A DNA stretch of 64,000 nt from Albugo candida (taxonomy: Eukaryota), in NCBI GenBank assembly GCA_040437565.1, contig JBDOQK010000013.1, positions 496,001-560,000 on the forward strand, read 5' to 3'. The position numbers and the translations under genes were made by a program. Positions 33,649 through 46,139 of the stretch are shown one piece after another. Under the pieces are notes generated by a model. The model worked only from the letters and a program-made list of their open reading frames with translations. It was not told the DNA's origin and did no database searches. Within the stretch, counting starts at the first letter, position 1. Every line of letters begins with the position of its first letter.

Positions 33649-35704
33649 ATGTATGCGAGTCGATCGGATAGAGAACTTGTTCTCAATATTATTGACAGTG
33701 ATTTTGGGCAAATTGCCAAAGTGATTGCACAAGGAATTATACGATCAGATGGGCTACAGCTTCCAGGAATTATCGAGTATGTGCAGCGCACAGTAAAGCC
33801 GGCAGAAACCAATATGAGCGAGGTTGAATGATTTTGTGTGTCAAAGTCCGAAGCATCCGCTGACCCTTATATCGTAGATAAAATGCGGTTTGTTGAAGCT
33901 TTTGCAGCACAATTTGCTGATATTTAAACCAGTGGCATCACTTCCAAAGAAAAGAAAAGTCGAGCGAACGACGGAGACCACAAGCAACGCTTGTTATTAT
34001 GTGCGTTATGAGTCACAACTCAGTTCCTTTGTTGATAACTGCTCTCATCATTCAAAACAGATTGACATCTCAGAGGTCCTCTATCGGATCCACTTTCCTC
34101 GCTTTATCAATCAGGCCAAAAAAAAATTTGGCGATGCTGTAAGAAAAGCTGAATTTTTTAGGAATACGAATGCGTCGTGATAGCATACTTTATAGGGAGA
34201 AATCATCATGGAAGAGATTCTTGTAAATGGTAGAATTCGAATGGACGAATCAGTCGAGGTCATGGCGTACAGGCTTGCGGAATGCAGGCAAAAGAAGGAG
34301 AGTAATGAAGACGCATCAAGCATACCCGAGCGCGAGCTTCGAGATTGTCGTGAAGCTGTGAATTTCAAATTCGTGGAAATGGCCAAAAACAGATACATTT
34401 CGCGTGTCCATCCAGTCAAAATGGTCTTGACTCAACAGGAATCAAAGTCAATCGACTCGTTGGCAGAAAAACCATCCAACCGCGGAAATCACGCCAAACA
34501 GGTTGGCTCGAATAACATGATCAGACCAGAGATTTCTACGGAATCACTTGGAGATGAGCATGGAATTGCAGTACGCGTAAAAAAGGAGAAAAAAGTATCG
34601 CGTGGGAGCAATCTTCCAGTAGAGCTGATGATGCTCTTGGAATCACAAGAAATGAGCATGAATGAAGCTGCAGAAGAAGCAGAATATGACGTAGCGTCAA
34701 ACCCTTTCGCCAAAAAACGATCGAGGTTATCAAAACGAGCAAGACTTCCAAAACATGGCACAAAACCGCATGAAGCGCATACAGAATCAGATAACAACGG
34801 ACTGCAAAGTACTAATACAGAAATGGATGAGAAATCACTCGTTTGGCGTTGCGGTACTGACCAGCTCTTGCGTGAATTACGACACGATGCTTTTGTGCGA
34901 TTTGCAATGGAAAATGTCAATCACGTAGCTGGTGTGATTGTGTCCGCAATGCTTTCGTATTCCATGTCACACGAGAGGGAAAGCAACGAACCGACTTCTT
35001 TTCCCATGACGGCCAGAGAAATATACAAGGTCGATGAAGTCAAGCAAGCACTTCCGAAAGAAATAAAAGATACTTGGAGACTATTACTCAACTACCTTGC
35101 CGTCATGGTCAGAGACAAATCTGGAATGGTTACGAGAGTCGCAGCAGAAAAAGCAGATGCAACTACTACGCAAGGCGGAGACGGAGGGCAGTATGTTGTT
35201 CACATGAAAAATATCACAGACTATCTGAAACAAGCCACAATGCACGCCTACATTCAGGATAAATTTGGGGTGCAGAGCGCTCGAATCGTACGGCTTATAC
35301 TTGAAAAACGTCAATTGGAACAAAAAAGTATCGGAGAGTTGGCTTTGTTACCACTGAATGAAGCACGTCGTCGTTTATACGACCTCTACAGAGACAAACT
35401 AATACATTTACAGGAAATCCCCAAACGTAGCGACCATAACCCGGTGCACACAATGTATACGTGGTCAGTCAACACGTTCCACATAGAACGAGTTATCAGA
35501 GAACGTGTGCAGGACTCAATATGCAAATTGCGCTCCAGACGCGACTTTATAGCAAAGGAGAACAAGGAGTTGATCGCACGCTCAAGCCAGCTGGTGGAAG
35601 AGAATGATCTGGAGAAATTCGACAAGCTCAGTCAAGGTCTTGATCGCTTGGATCGTTCAATTTTACAATTGGACGAGAATTTGATGCTATACAGAGATTT
35701 TTGA
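33649..35704 (+). CDS. POLR3C: RNA polymerase III subunit RPC3 (C62/C82), multi-exon
   Basis: DFGQIA, LLKLLQHNL, LYRIHFPRF, KFGVQSARIVRLI..K.QLEQK.I, LQEIPK, YTW. Confidence 0.9.
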
Positions 35705-35945
35705 GCTTTGTTCCAAGGTACAGCTAATTTGCAGTATCAGAAATCGAAAAAGCGCTGTTTTTATCCCTACAGCTTTATTGTGAATGAGACATCTGAAAGT
35801 ATGAGCGATATGCGGGACCACCTGCTGGATACATTTGCTTGATAGATGGACTGACTGCAATATAGACCTTTTAGTGGCATCAAAGCATCTTGAGTGATGT
35901 ATCGAGGCATCTGGTGATTCATCAATACACAAACGATATACATTT

Positions 35946-38423
35946 TCATTCTGATACTTTACCAGTATTCAATTTTTCTGCCAAAGTCGACTCCATTCTT
36001 TGCAATTGTTTTGCAAGTTCATTTATCTGATTGGTATGAGTGTTTAAAGCAAGAACCATATTGCCCTGCTGGTTACGCAGTTGTTCTTGTGTATCGGTCG
36101 TTTGGTGTAAAAGCTCCAAGAGTTTGGTCTCAATATCGGATTGACAAATTTGAGCAAAAGGAGGCGGGTTGGTACGTGTGCATTCTGTGGAGGTCGTCTG
36201 TTGAGGAAGCTCTTCAGCGACGTTTTTGCTTGTCGTATGATGCTGACCCTGAGAGTCTACGTCATCAACTTGATTATTGGATGTCGGTATTACTACACTA
36301 ACGGGATCGATTGCTGTAGATAGCACGGATTGTGTCATGTCACCTTCCGAGTTGTACGATCTTGATGATATTTCAAGGAATTCATGCCCTGCACTTTTCT
36401 CTTGAGCCTGCAGTAACACCTCATCCAGCTTCTTCTTGACTCCTCTCACCACAGACTGTAACTGGTTGATTACTTGGACACATCCACACCGAGTTCTCGA
36501 ATCGAAGACTTCGAGAGCACCGATAATATGCCCGTTCGTCAGACGAATTGGAATGCCGGCATAAAATAGCGGTGATGAGTGATTGAGCCGCCAAGGATTT
36601 CCTGCAAAGCGGCAATCATGAGATAAATCGGCGCAAACTAGGGGCTTCCGGCTACAGCATGTATGTGCTGCAAAAGCCACCTTACGGTCGATTTTTGTTG
36701 CTTTGAAACTACCTTGTTTACTGCATACTATATAGTCATCAGCACATAATAAACCAAACATCGCCATTGAAGAATGTGTGCCTATTTTCGCCATCATAAC
36801 CATTTGATCGAGATATTTGGCAATTGAGCCTTCGGTTAGTGCATGAGCAAGTAACTCAGCAGATTTGAGACGTTCCATCTCATTCTTGCACTCTCCAGCG
36901 GATAGAAAAGATGTTGTGCCGTGCTTCCCTACGCCCTGATTATAACAAGGATACGGCACTGTGGATGCTTGCTGAACTGGAGTACAACGAGTATCCTTAC
37001 ACATGAGGCAATTAGTCAATTTGTATGAGATGTTGGGAGACATAGTCATCTCATTCTGATGTTCATCTTCGACGATCTCATTGCTCAGATGTGTGAGATT
37101 GTGTTTTGGGCTGTGAGCCAACTCATCCTCGTCGACACGATCAAACACCACACTGTACTCTTCGATCTGCATCGAAAACTCTTCTCCGTCGTCAAGTGTG
37201 CCAAGCATACAAGCAACACATAATCGAGCGGTTGTGTTGTCAGATAAACCATTTAGTTTTTTCACAACACCACAATGACCGCAGATAATAGAGCTACACT
37301 TTCGACACAGATATTTTCGCCGTAAGGGATTGAAGCTTTTTCCACACGTGGAGCACTTTTTTGCTTTCCTAAAAGCGTCATGGTCCAATAAGGATGCATT
37401 GTCTTTGTGCAGAGTCGAGGAACTGTCTTCAATGCCATGAGATCGCATGCTGAAAGGGTTATAATCAAGCCGGGGATTAGCGAATCCGATACCAGACACG
37501 GATCGATTACGGCTTACGTTGTTGTCTTTATCTATTTTTTCTGCTGACAGTGAGGATCGAGACGATGAGCCTACATTTCGATCTTGCCCATCAGAGCTCG
37601 CAGTAACAGAAGAAGTAGAGGAATCAAAGTATTTCCAGAATCGCTTTGTATCCATATATTTTTGAAAATGTTCCGTTGTGTGATTGTGTGAGCCTCTACA
37701 GTCTGTTATTGTATACAATTCCAAAGTGTCAACAAAATCCATTCTCCAAGTTATGTGATGAAAGTAATTCATATAGACCAACCTTTTGCCTAATGCGACA
37801 GCCTGTTGTCGATCCTTTGTAAGACCCTCAGTTATCAGAAATTGTACAATATCTTTTCCTGTAGCACAATATATGAACAAGTGCATTGTAATTTGCAAAG
37901 CTTCAACAGACAGATTCTTCTTAATACGAAATAATACGTCTTCTATGTCTGTGAGACCATAGTGTGGATCGGAGCCATACATTGTCAGTAACTTGATATT
38001 GTTGTCAAGTGCTTGGATCCACATTTCTCTTTCCTTTCCACTTTTGAGCCTCAATCGTAATTCGAGTTTTGACAAAATACCACCATTGCAAATGAGTCCA
38101 ATCTGTCTCGGATTCTTGTGCTCAAAATGTTCGTCATTGTGGTCATGTAAATAAATGCCTCTTCCTAATTCGATTCCGCCAACGCGACTAATGTCATTCT
38201 CACGTTTATAAATACTAAGCCAACGTCCTTGCAAGCGCACGTGATACGCATTCCATATAGAAAATGTCCCCGTTTTAAATTTCACTTCCATCATTCCGCT
38301 GCAATTCTGAAGGTGTTTGCTATAAGATGGGACAGAGGCTTTTATGATAGAAATTGGTACTTGTTGTGAGCTTTTTTCCTCCGCAGTGCACAAGTAACTA
38401 GCATTTTCCTTCTCTTTAGTCAT
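35946..38423 (-). CDS. PH-DEP-FYVE-GAF multidomain signalling protein with C-terminal coiled coil, intronless
   Basis: PH (GMMEVK...WIQAL); DEP (ATGKDIVQFL...RQQAVALGKRL...FHHI...FVD...Y); FYVE (CSTCGKSFNPLRRKYLCRKCSSIICGHC...RLCVAC); GAF (DCRFAGNP...FYAGIPI...GALEVFD). Confidence 0.88.
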   Translation of the reverse strand: MTKEKENASYLCTAEEKSSQQVPISIIKASVPSYSKHLQNCSGMMEVKFKTGTFSIWNAYHVRLQGRWLSIYKRENDISRVGGIELGRGIYLHDHNDEHFEHKNPRQIGLICNGGILSKLELRLRLKSGKEREMWIQALDNNIKLLTMYGSDPHYGLTDIEDVLFRIKKNLSVEALQITMHLFIYCATGKDIVQFLITEGLTKDRQQAVALGKRLVYMNYFHHITWRMDFVDTLELYTITDCRGSHNHTTEHFQKYMDTKRFWKYFDSSTSSVTASSDGQDRNVGSSSRSSLSAEKIDKDNNVSRNRSVSGIGFANPRLDYNPFSMRSHGIEDSSSTLHKDNASLLDHDAFRKAKKCSTCGKSFNPLRRKYLCRKCSSIICGHCGVVKKLNGLSDNTTARLCVACMLGTLDDGEEFSMQIEEYSVVFDRVDEDELAHSPKHNLTHLSNEIVEDEHQNEMTMSPNISYKLTNCLMCKDTRCTPVQQASTVPYPCYNQGVGKHGTTSFLSAGECKNEMERLKSAELLAHALTEGSIAKYLDQMVMMAKIGTHSSMAMFGLLCADDYIVCSKQGSFKATKIDRKVAFAAHTCCSRKPLVCADLSHDCRFAGNPWRLNHSSPLFYAGIPIRLTNGHIIGALEVFDSRTRCGCVQVINQLQSVVRGVKKKLDEVLLQAQEKSAGHEFLEISSRSYNSEGDMTQSVLSTAIDPVSVVIPTSNNQVDDVDSQGQHHTTSKNVAEELPQQTTSTECTRTNPPPFAQICQSDIETKLLELLHQTTDTQEQLRNQQGNMVLALNTHTNQINELAKQLQRMESTLAEKLNTGKVSE

Positions 38424-38876
38424 GGTGTGTTTGTCACACAGTTAATTGTGCTCTCTGATTTGTACTTCTTTGAATGCGATAATTACTACGGGTAGTCACT
38501 CCACAGAGATGAATTGATTCTACTTTTGCTAACCAGTGGAAGCTGTTTTATGTGCGTGGGCACGATTTTTACCAGATCGCTCTGCTACGTGAGAGCCATG
38601 ATTACTTTTCATTGGTGGATAATAGCTCAAATTCTGGTAGGAGCAGACCGTTCTCAATTATCGCGTCTATGCATATGACTTCTTTCTGTGTCTCAATTCT
38701 TATTGTGAAAGACAAATTGGGAAAGATACTTACTCTACAAAACAAGCCAAAATCATGCTTATTGTCAAGTAAAGTGGACGTTCCAAAATGCGAGTAAATG
38801 AATTAATGGCACGCAGTAAATAAAGTTATATTGTAATCCAAGTCATGATCACACAAGGCAGGGAGAAATAGTATCC

Positions 38877-40560
38877 TTACATCGTTGTAATGCTCATCTT
38901 GAATGTATTCTTTGTGGCGACGCCATTGAGACCACATTGACGTATTATGCTTTTATTAGTGATGGGATAAAAATACTCTAAGGGTCTTGCATTTGGAAAG
39001 ATTTGGATTTGAGACAATTGTGAGTACAGCTTTCGGCCAAGAAATGCAAGAAATTCTGATTGCAAGGATTCCGATTCCACGCTTCCCCCCTTTTGGTAGC
39101 TATTTTGAATCGAACCCCACTCATCTCTGTCTGTCGAAAGAGCAAACAAAAAGGTGAAGGCGCCAACAGAGCACTTCATAGAACACGTCGATATGATATT
39201 GAGCTAAATATACCACATATAAAACACGTGCGTCTGGAGGCAGTGCAATATCCGGCATTTTTTGGAATCATGTCTCGTTAGGTATTACCAGCGACTCTTG
39301 TGGCGGAACAAGTATATTTCCAGCAATTTCCTATCAGGAAACGTCCGTATGAACAGGATTTCAAGGACGAAGAATGTTTCTGGTACATAACGACGATGAC
39401 ATGTATGAAGTAGGACACTGTAAGATGCTACTTATACAATCATTATCCAACTATGATGGAAGTATTGTAGCGAGTCTGGTCGAGTCACTGAACTCCGCGC
39501 GTGTCACATGTAGTCTGGATTCTCTGTGGCTGGTTGCTATTACCAAGTCGTCTTAAATCTGCACAACAGCTAATCAGCTGAGACCTCTGACGTTACGACC
39601 ACATCCCCTGCACGAGAATTTGGCAAACTTGCCGCTATGTCACGATACACTTCACAACGTAGCTCCTGTCACATCACTGCTCCTCCTCATAGGCGACTTC
39701 CTGAGAATAGATTTGTGCTTACCACAAGCGCCCAGCTCATGTAGATGGGATACTGGCAACAGACAAATGAATTGGGATGGTAATGCTATCTGGACGTGCA
39801 GATGATACCGTATCCGCGGATAGATAGCCATATATCTAGCACAGACAGTAAATATCTGCTTTTGGGCATTGTAACGACCAAATGGGAATCGACTATTGGA
39901 CATTCACAGACACGACATTTCAGTGCATTTTCTATCGAGGAAATCTCTAGAGGTACAGCGATAGCGAAATCGTTCTTCTTCATCTATTGGCAAGTAAAGA
40001 AAGAATTCAAGCATGCTTCATTGTGCAGCACTCGATGCTGTGGGACTTCGCTCTCATCACAGGCTAACTGCTTCGACTCAACCAGACAAGATGATCTGAT
40101 CCTTGATCCAGAATAGACAAAATTAATCAAGTTGTATGGAGTTCAAGTATGTTTGAGTGGTTCTCGTTGATCAAAGCCACATTAGACCTGCGGAGACACG
40201 TTCAGAACGCCAGGAACATCGCCTTAGGACATTGCATATGAAGCTGCATTACTTGTGCCATGATACCTGGGATAGTTTTGAGGAAGTTGTTGTGTACTGC
40301 GTGCTCAGGTCTCAATCGTACAATCTTTGGTAGGCTTCGAAAACTTAGGCGTCCTCGAAACGCATAGACTTGAGCGTATTGTGACACAAGGTCAAGGTTG
40401 GTGGCACTCAAGCCTGAAAACAATTCAAAGCACTTTCTTATGCAATATTCATAGCCTAGATCAGCTATATTATGGCATTTTTTGATACGTTACTGCCAAT
40501 AGCTACGGAAGGGCCTCGATAGAGTGAGGAAAGATAGCGCTTGATTCGATGGTCGATATG
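38877..40560 (-). pseudogene. Decayed continuation or paralog of the 40571-42076 gene
   Basis: Broken minus-strand frames carry KC modules similar to the intact ORF (CIRKCFELFSGLSATNL near 40430; ALKCRVCECP near 39920), interrupted by stops and frameshifts. Confidence 0.35.
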
Positions 40561-40570
40561 CTGCCTTTCT

Positions 40571-42076
40571 TCAGAACGCTGCAGATCGACGTCTTGTCAC
40601 AGTCCGAGAATCATGTACCTTCCGATTCCGTTTCTGCACAGTTGAAACTTCGTAATCTGAGTATCTCATCGGCCTTGGAGGCAAATACGCGGATTCTATT
40701 TTAATGATCACAAGTGGTCTAACATCACAATGCGATCGCCGTTCATACAGTGTAGTCGTCCAAAGGATTTTATCTGACTTGTCCGCATGGAAAATTTCCA
40801 ACTCGCGAAAAAGGCACTTGATATAATTCGGATCATCATCGGGATATTCGACTGCGCCAATTTCAGCAACTTCCACTTGGTATATGGCTAATTCGTCCTC
40901 AGATAAGCTCGCATGATTTCTTTGACGAGCGCTCTGCCCTTGCAGTTGAGGTAAAATGCTTTCCGGTCGAAGCATTATTGAGGTACAGGAATTTTCCTTG
41001 TGCATACACGCGAACCGAGCCCATACAATAGCTTTATATTCGTTCTGAATCTGTGTGGTTGCTCTGAAAATGCCAAATAGAGTTTTCATAATGCTCAATT
41101 TGTATCCTTGCTTCTGGCAGCATTGTAAACACTTAATACGTTGATCAGGTAGAAAAGTGACCACAGCCATATTAATAGAGCGTCGATTAGTTTGATATAA
41201 TATTTGAGGTGGTTCCGTTGCATCATTTTCACATGCTGGTATGACCCCACATTTCGATCGCAATAAAGTTTTTTGTGTGGCGTTTAGCGTGAAACGTTTA
41301 AGACGAAATTTCCTTATTCCTTGGTTCGACAGAATCATCGGGTTGGCCGAACAGGAACGTAGCACGTCAAGACATTTTGTCATTTTGTCAATTTTCACCT
41401 CCACCTCAACATTGAGCTCGTTGTGATCCTTCAATGTTTCAAGCAGTGAGCTAGCATACTTTGACTGTAACTGCTGATCAATTTCCAAGTCGAACTCGGG
41501 TCCCAAATGTTCCCCTTCGCCCATCGCACGTTTGAGCAATTCAACTGTAGTGAATTTAAAATTGCTTGATCTTTCCAGCGTCTCGATGTTAGACCTCATT
41601 CCGCGACACCAGTATAACTTGAACTCACGATAATGCCAGATGATCGTATATTCCTTGACTAGGGCGACGTTATACTTGGCAAGTGCTTTCCGTTGAGCTG
41701 TAGAGGAAAATATCGCAAAGTCGAGCGGATCATCAAATGCATCAGGATGATCGGAATTCAGCTGACTAAAACTTTCAACGACGCAATAACCTGGTAGGAT
41801 TGCATTGATGCTTTCCTGTATGAAAGTTGTTTTTGTGTAGATGTCGATTGTTGCGGAATTGCTGCCGATATTTACTGGCATAAATCTTTTGACCCCTGCG
41901 TTGATAATGGCATCATAACACTTAAATAGAGGTGTCAAAGTGTGCGATAATCGTATTCGGTACTTATTGTACGTTGTGTATTGCGCATAATGTAACGGCA
42001 ACCAAATATATACGATCAGTTGCGTAATCCAATTGCAGAGGCGCGCTGGTTGTCTCGATACCATTGAAAGTTGCAT
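40571..42076 (-). CDS. Lineage-specific putatively secreted protein, candidate Albugo CCG/CHxC-class effector
   Basis: 501-aa intronless ORF; hydrophobic N-terminus (ITQLIVYIWLPLHYA); KCYDAIINAG near the N-terminus and KCLQCCQKQG internally; isolated in the TE-rich compartment. ORF confidence is high, effector class moderate. Confidence 0.6.
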   Translation of the reverse strand: MQLSMVSRQPARLCNWITQLIVYIWLPLHYAQYTTYNKYRIRLSHTLTPLFKCYDAIINAGVKRFMPVNIGSNSATIDIYTKTTFIQESINAILPGYCVVESFSQLNSDHPDAFDDPLDFAIFSSTAQRKALAKYNVALVKEYTIIWHYREFKLYWCRGMRSNIETLERSSNFKFTTVELLKRAMGEGEHLGPEFDLEIDQQLQSKYASSLLETLKDHNELNVEVEVKIDKMTKCLDVLRSCSANPMILSNQGIRKFRLKRFTLNATQKTLLRSKCGVIPACENDATEPPQILYQTNRRSINMAVVTFLPDQRIKCLQCCQKQGYKLSIMKTLFGIFRATTQIQNEYKAIVWARFACMHKENSCTSIMLRPESILPQLQGQSARQRNHASLSEDELAIYQVEVAEIGAVEYPDDDPNYIKCLFRELEIFHADKSDKILWTTTLYERRSHCDVRPLVIIKIESAYLPPRPMRYSDYEVSTVQKRNRKVHDSRTVTRRRSAAF

Positions 42077-42301
42077 GGTGTGCTATGGAGGGTGAATACC
42101 AAAGTGGTGTTACTCCTCCTCGACTTTTCGAAAGCATTCTTTTTTATCTCATAAAAAATCAAGCACAACTTTATGGTAAAAAGGGCAGCTGTCTTTTTTT
42201 TGTTGCGAGAGCTAAACAGACTGTAAAGAAGCGCTTATCAGATCGCACATTAAAGCAAACCAGCGTTTTATGAGAATCTTACTTTCAATCGCGATTTGAC
42301 T

Positions 42302-42727
42302 TGTACTCTGGATCACGCACTAAAGACCAAATCAGTACTCGTGTCGCTGTCATAGTATGGTCAATGTCATATTTATAGATTGGTATGCGCTTGGAGCATC
42401 TCGCGCACGTGATACTCGTGCCCATCCGCGTATCATATATATTTATACATTTTAAGTGTATTTATTACACATTATTGCTATATATGGCCGCATCAGTATA
42501 AGGTGTCTATATTGCTAGAATTAGACTAAGGGACTTCTCTAGATGCTTCTCTAGATACCTAGGCTATCTCCAATAACATATATACATATATAAAGGGGAG
42601 CGCCTATAATAACATCCCCTTTGGCTACGCTCACATCCCTCCCAATTTAGGAGCCAATAAGATCATTCCGTATCAATACTGCATCACTCACGTGACAATC
42701 AGCAATCATTTATCACAAACCCGTACA
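42302..42727. repeat. Possible solo LTR remnant
   Basis: TGTAC...GTACA ends (alternative TGTCA...TGACA ends inside); internal CTTCTCTAGAT direct repeat, TATA-rich tract and AATAA-like signal; no target-site duplication confirmed. Confidence 0.3.
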
Positions 42728-43239
42728 AACAATAGACACAGAAAAATTGGAGCATATCAGCGAATAGTCATTCTATGGTGACTTCATGGACGAGAAGCAA
42801 GGGCTATTTGCTAAAAGCATGACAATCTCGATAAGTATTTTTGAGGTGTAGTAGATGAAAATCATAATATAGCAATACACAATTAGTCTTTCCATGTCCT
42901 TGATCCAACGGCAATAAAATCTGATCAATTTACAGATGGATAGAACGCAACTTCACACCAATCAGATGGTAAGAAGAGAGGATACCATGGCTACGTCATT
43001 CCATGTTACTGACATTGGAGCATAAGTAGCAACGCATCGCTACCCGAAGGCTCAAAATGATGAAGTAAATAACTGTACATCGATGCTATTATCCAAAAGC
43101 CTTACTTATAGCAACATGATGAGTATTCGATAAAAAACGAATGAAAATAAGCAGAGATAGGCAGCGCGATTATATTTTGCTATATGTGAGTAGGAAATCG
43201 GCTTTTGACTGCAACCAGAAAGCTAAGAGGCTGAGTTGC

Positions 43240-46110
43240 ATTCAAAACTTCTCAATTTTCCGGCTACTATGTAACCCCCCAATTTATTACAAAACAACTC
43301 GAGAAACAACTTTTTTCAAATCTTTCCTCTCGAAAACAATGGTTCAAGTCGACATATCGACACAAACCAGGATGCTAACGGTGGTACAGGTGGTACTGTC
43401 ACTGCCTCGTCATAGGGTGGGCCAAAGGCAACTAACTTCAACTGGTGATGATAAAAATCGTCCAACCTTGGCGGATATTATCAAGTCCCAGGAGTCCTTC
43501 CGTAAGGACCAGGCTAGAGAGCTCGAGCGAAATTTCGCGTAGAGCTCCCAAAGCCGAAAGCCTCGGATACCCGAGGCTATATTAAAACTTTATGCAGACA
43601 GGGACCATCAAAAGTGGTCGGTCTTTGGATGCAAAGTTGGAGGCAGCGAAGCCTTTTAAGGTCTCCAAGGTCACCTACCCCATGATTCTGGAGACAGGTC
43701 AAGCGTTGGTGCGTACACCAAATGGGTAAATCCTGTCCTCACTCATGGAAATCCAGTATTCGAGAGCCTACTGGAGAGCAGAGCCAGTGATCAAGTATCG
43801 AAAATGCCTGGTGGCAATCTTCGGGTGATGGTTTCACCGAGGATGCATGTCAAAAGCTGGAGTATCAGCCAGTAAGCACCCTCGGGGCTCAACGGGGAGT
43901 TTGATTCTCTTGAACCCAAGTACTTTCTTCGACATATTTGGAATGGGCGTGGAGGAAGAACGGATTCCATTTATGATCCCTTCCCGGTCTAGGATGTCCA
44001 GTAGTCTTTTCTACTTTCAGAGAAACTGGTCCGTGTAAGGGAGTAGTGATGTCGACGTGAAGAGTGCACATTATTACTACTACTTTCCCTTCACAGCTTT
44101 CCCGCATTGGTAAAGTATGCGAGCAAATTGAGCACGGGAAGCTGCTGTATCTGGTGAGAGGAAAAAATGCTCCTATTCCTTCGGAACGACCACGGTTTGG
44201 TCAACGTGGTCCTTATTGCTTGGATCTGGGAGAAGCCAGTTATGGATGGACTACCAGCTGCATTTTATTAGCTTCATACGGAAACGTTTGGCGAGTGTCT
44301 GAAAATCACGTTCGAATATTATCTGGAAAGAGGTATCTTACTTCGATCAGAACGTCACTCGGCAATAACATTATTGTATAAAAAAGGATCACGAGGTGAT
44401 CCTGGCAACTATTGACCGATCGCACTTTTTTGCGTCGATGTGAATTTACTTCCAGAAGTTTGGCGTATCGATTGCAACGTTTTTTGACAAAATTGATTCA
44501 TCAAGATCAGAAAGCATTTGTGCGAGGAAGGTCGATGCATCACCATATTCGACATCTCACCGACATCCAAGACTTGNNNNNNNNNNNNNNNNNNNNNNNN
44601 NNNNNNNNNNNNNNNNNNNNNNNNNNNNNNNNNNNNNNNNNNNNNNNNNNNNNNNNNNNNNNNNNNNNNNNNNNNNTTTTGCGTCGATGTGAATTTACTT
44701 CCAGAAGTTTGGCGTATCGATTGCAACGTTTTTTGACAAAATTGATTCATCAAGATCAGAAAGCATTTGTGCGAGGAAGGTCGATGCATCACCATATTCG
44801 ACATCTCACCGACATCCAAGACTTGGTCACCCATCGTGGGGAGAAAGATTAAACGAATTTTCTCGACTTTGAGAAAGCTTATGATAGAGTCAATTGGACG
44901 TACATGTTTCGAGTTTTGGAAAAAATGGGCGTTGGAAAAGTTCTATCGACTGGGTTCGTCTATTGTACACCAAATTGAAGGCGCGGTTGATGATTAATTA
45001 AAATAGTATACCGTCCATTACAACATCGTGGAGTGAAACAAGGCGATCCTCTCTCAGCATTACTTTTTTTGATGTCGATCGAAACTTTGGGAAATATACT
45101 TCGACAACATGAATAAGATGGCTTTTGGATAAATAGATCGACTGTCGCAACTGGTTTACCTTTTGCGAACGATTTGACATTCATTTCAGAGACACCAAAT
45201 CGTGTTTTGCCACAGCTTAAACTCGTTCAGGTTTATTGCGATGGATCTGGTTCGAAGCTCGACTGGGTCCGGATGATTCGGTCAAGTATTTGCGCATGAA
45301 GTTCGCCTAGTCACCTACTCATTCGATGGTTATTTCAGCTCTCGACAAGCGTTTTTACGATGGGTTTGGTGTATGGTTTCGACGTGCACGAAATGTCTGT
45401 AGTCGAAAACTGCTTGTGCAGACGATGTATTATCCCGTCGGTAACATCACACGATGCACGTGGACACAGTAGCAGAGACTGTTCGACAGTCGCAGTCGAT
45501 GCTAAATCGATTTGTGCTTAGTCGAAAACAGAAAAATTATTTAATCACGTTCACTTTATCAGCAAAGAATTCAATACCTTCGTCGACAATATAGTGGAGT
45601 GGGAGTTTTTTTTGCTGGACTGACTGAAGCTACAACGAATCCAATTCCTTCAGCAGCTCGCATGCCATGCGTTGACAATTATTCCTGCGAATTGTGATCG
45701 ACAGAATTATTACAAGTTATCCAACCTCTGTTTGGACCACACAAGCCGACGGACATATTCGCCATCGCACCACATCGGCATGGCAAATGGCGTTTAATTG
45801 GAGAACACATCTTCTTGGTGGAAACACGCATTTTAAAATGAGGCATCAGATGGATTGGAGCATTAAAGATTTCATTTTTAATGTTATACAATGCCGTCAG
45901 TACTACATGGAAGAACCGATGTGGTTGTACTCGGACCAAGGATTTAGAAATACCCCTGCCTCTGTGTTTCAGTGCAAATGGGAAAATTGTTAGAAAATCT
46001 TATCATATGAAGTTCCTATATATCCCGTCCGCATACAAACTACAGCATCGCGAACGATGTTAAACAGCACGGTTGTTGTATGACGTCATTCATATCGGCC
46101 ATCTTCTAAC
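43240..46110 (+). mobile_element. Degenerate non-LTR retrotransposon (L1/Tx1-like LINE): probable ORF1 remnant and reverse transcriptase
   Basis: LYKKGSRGDPGNY*PIAL, IHQDQKAFVRGRSM, FLDFEKAYDRVNW, RGVKQGDPLSALLF, FAND (YADD equivalent); many stops and frameshifts; no endonuclease recognised. Confidence 0.88.
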
Positions 46111-46139
46111 AATCCTTTTTTTTGGCCGTGTTGTGACTT

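Noticed and set aside
44412-44852. ORFs running through N gaps (also 18259, 33093, 55646, 56498, 58555, 62848)
   Set aside because: Artefacts of translating Ns and duplicated flanks.
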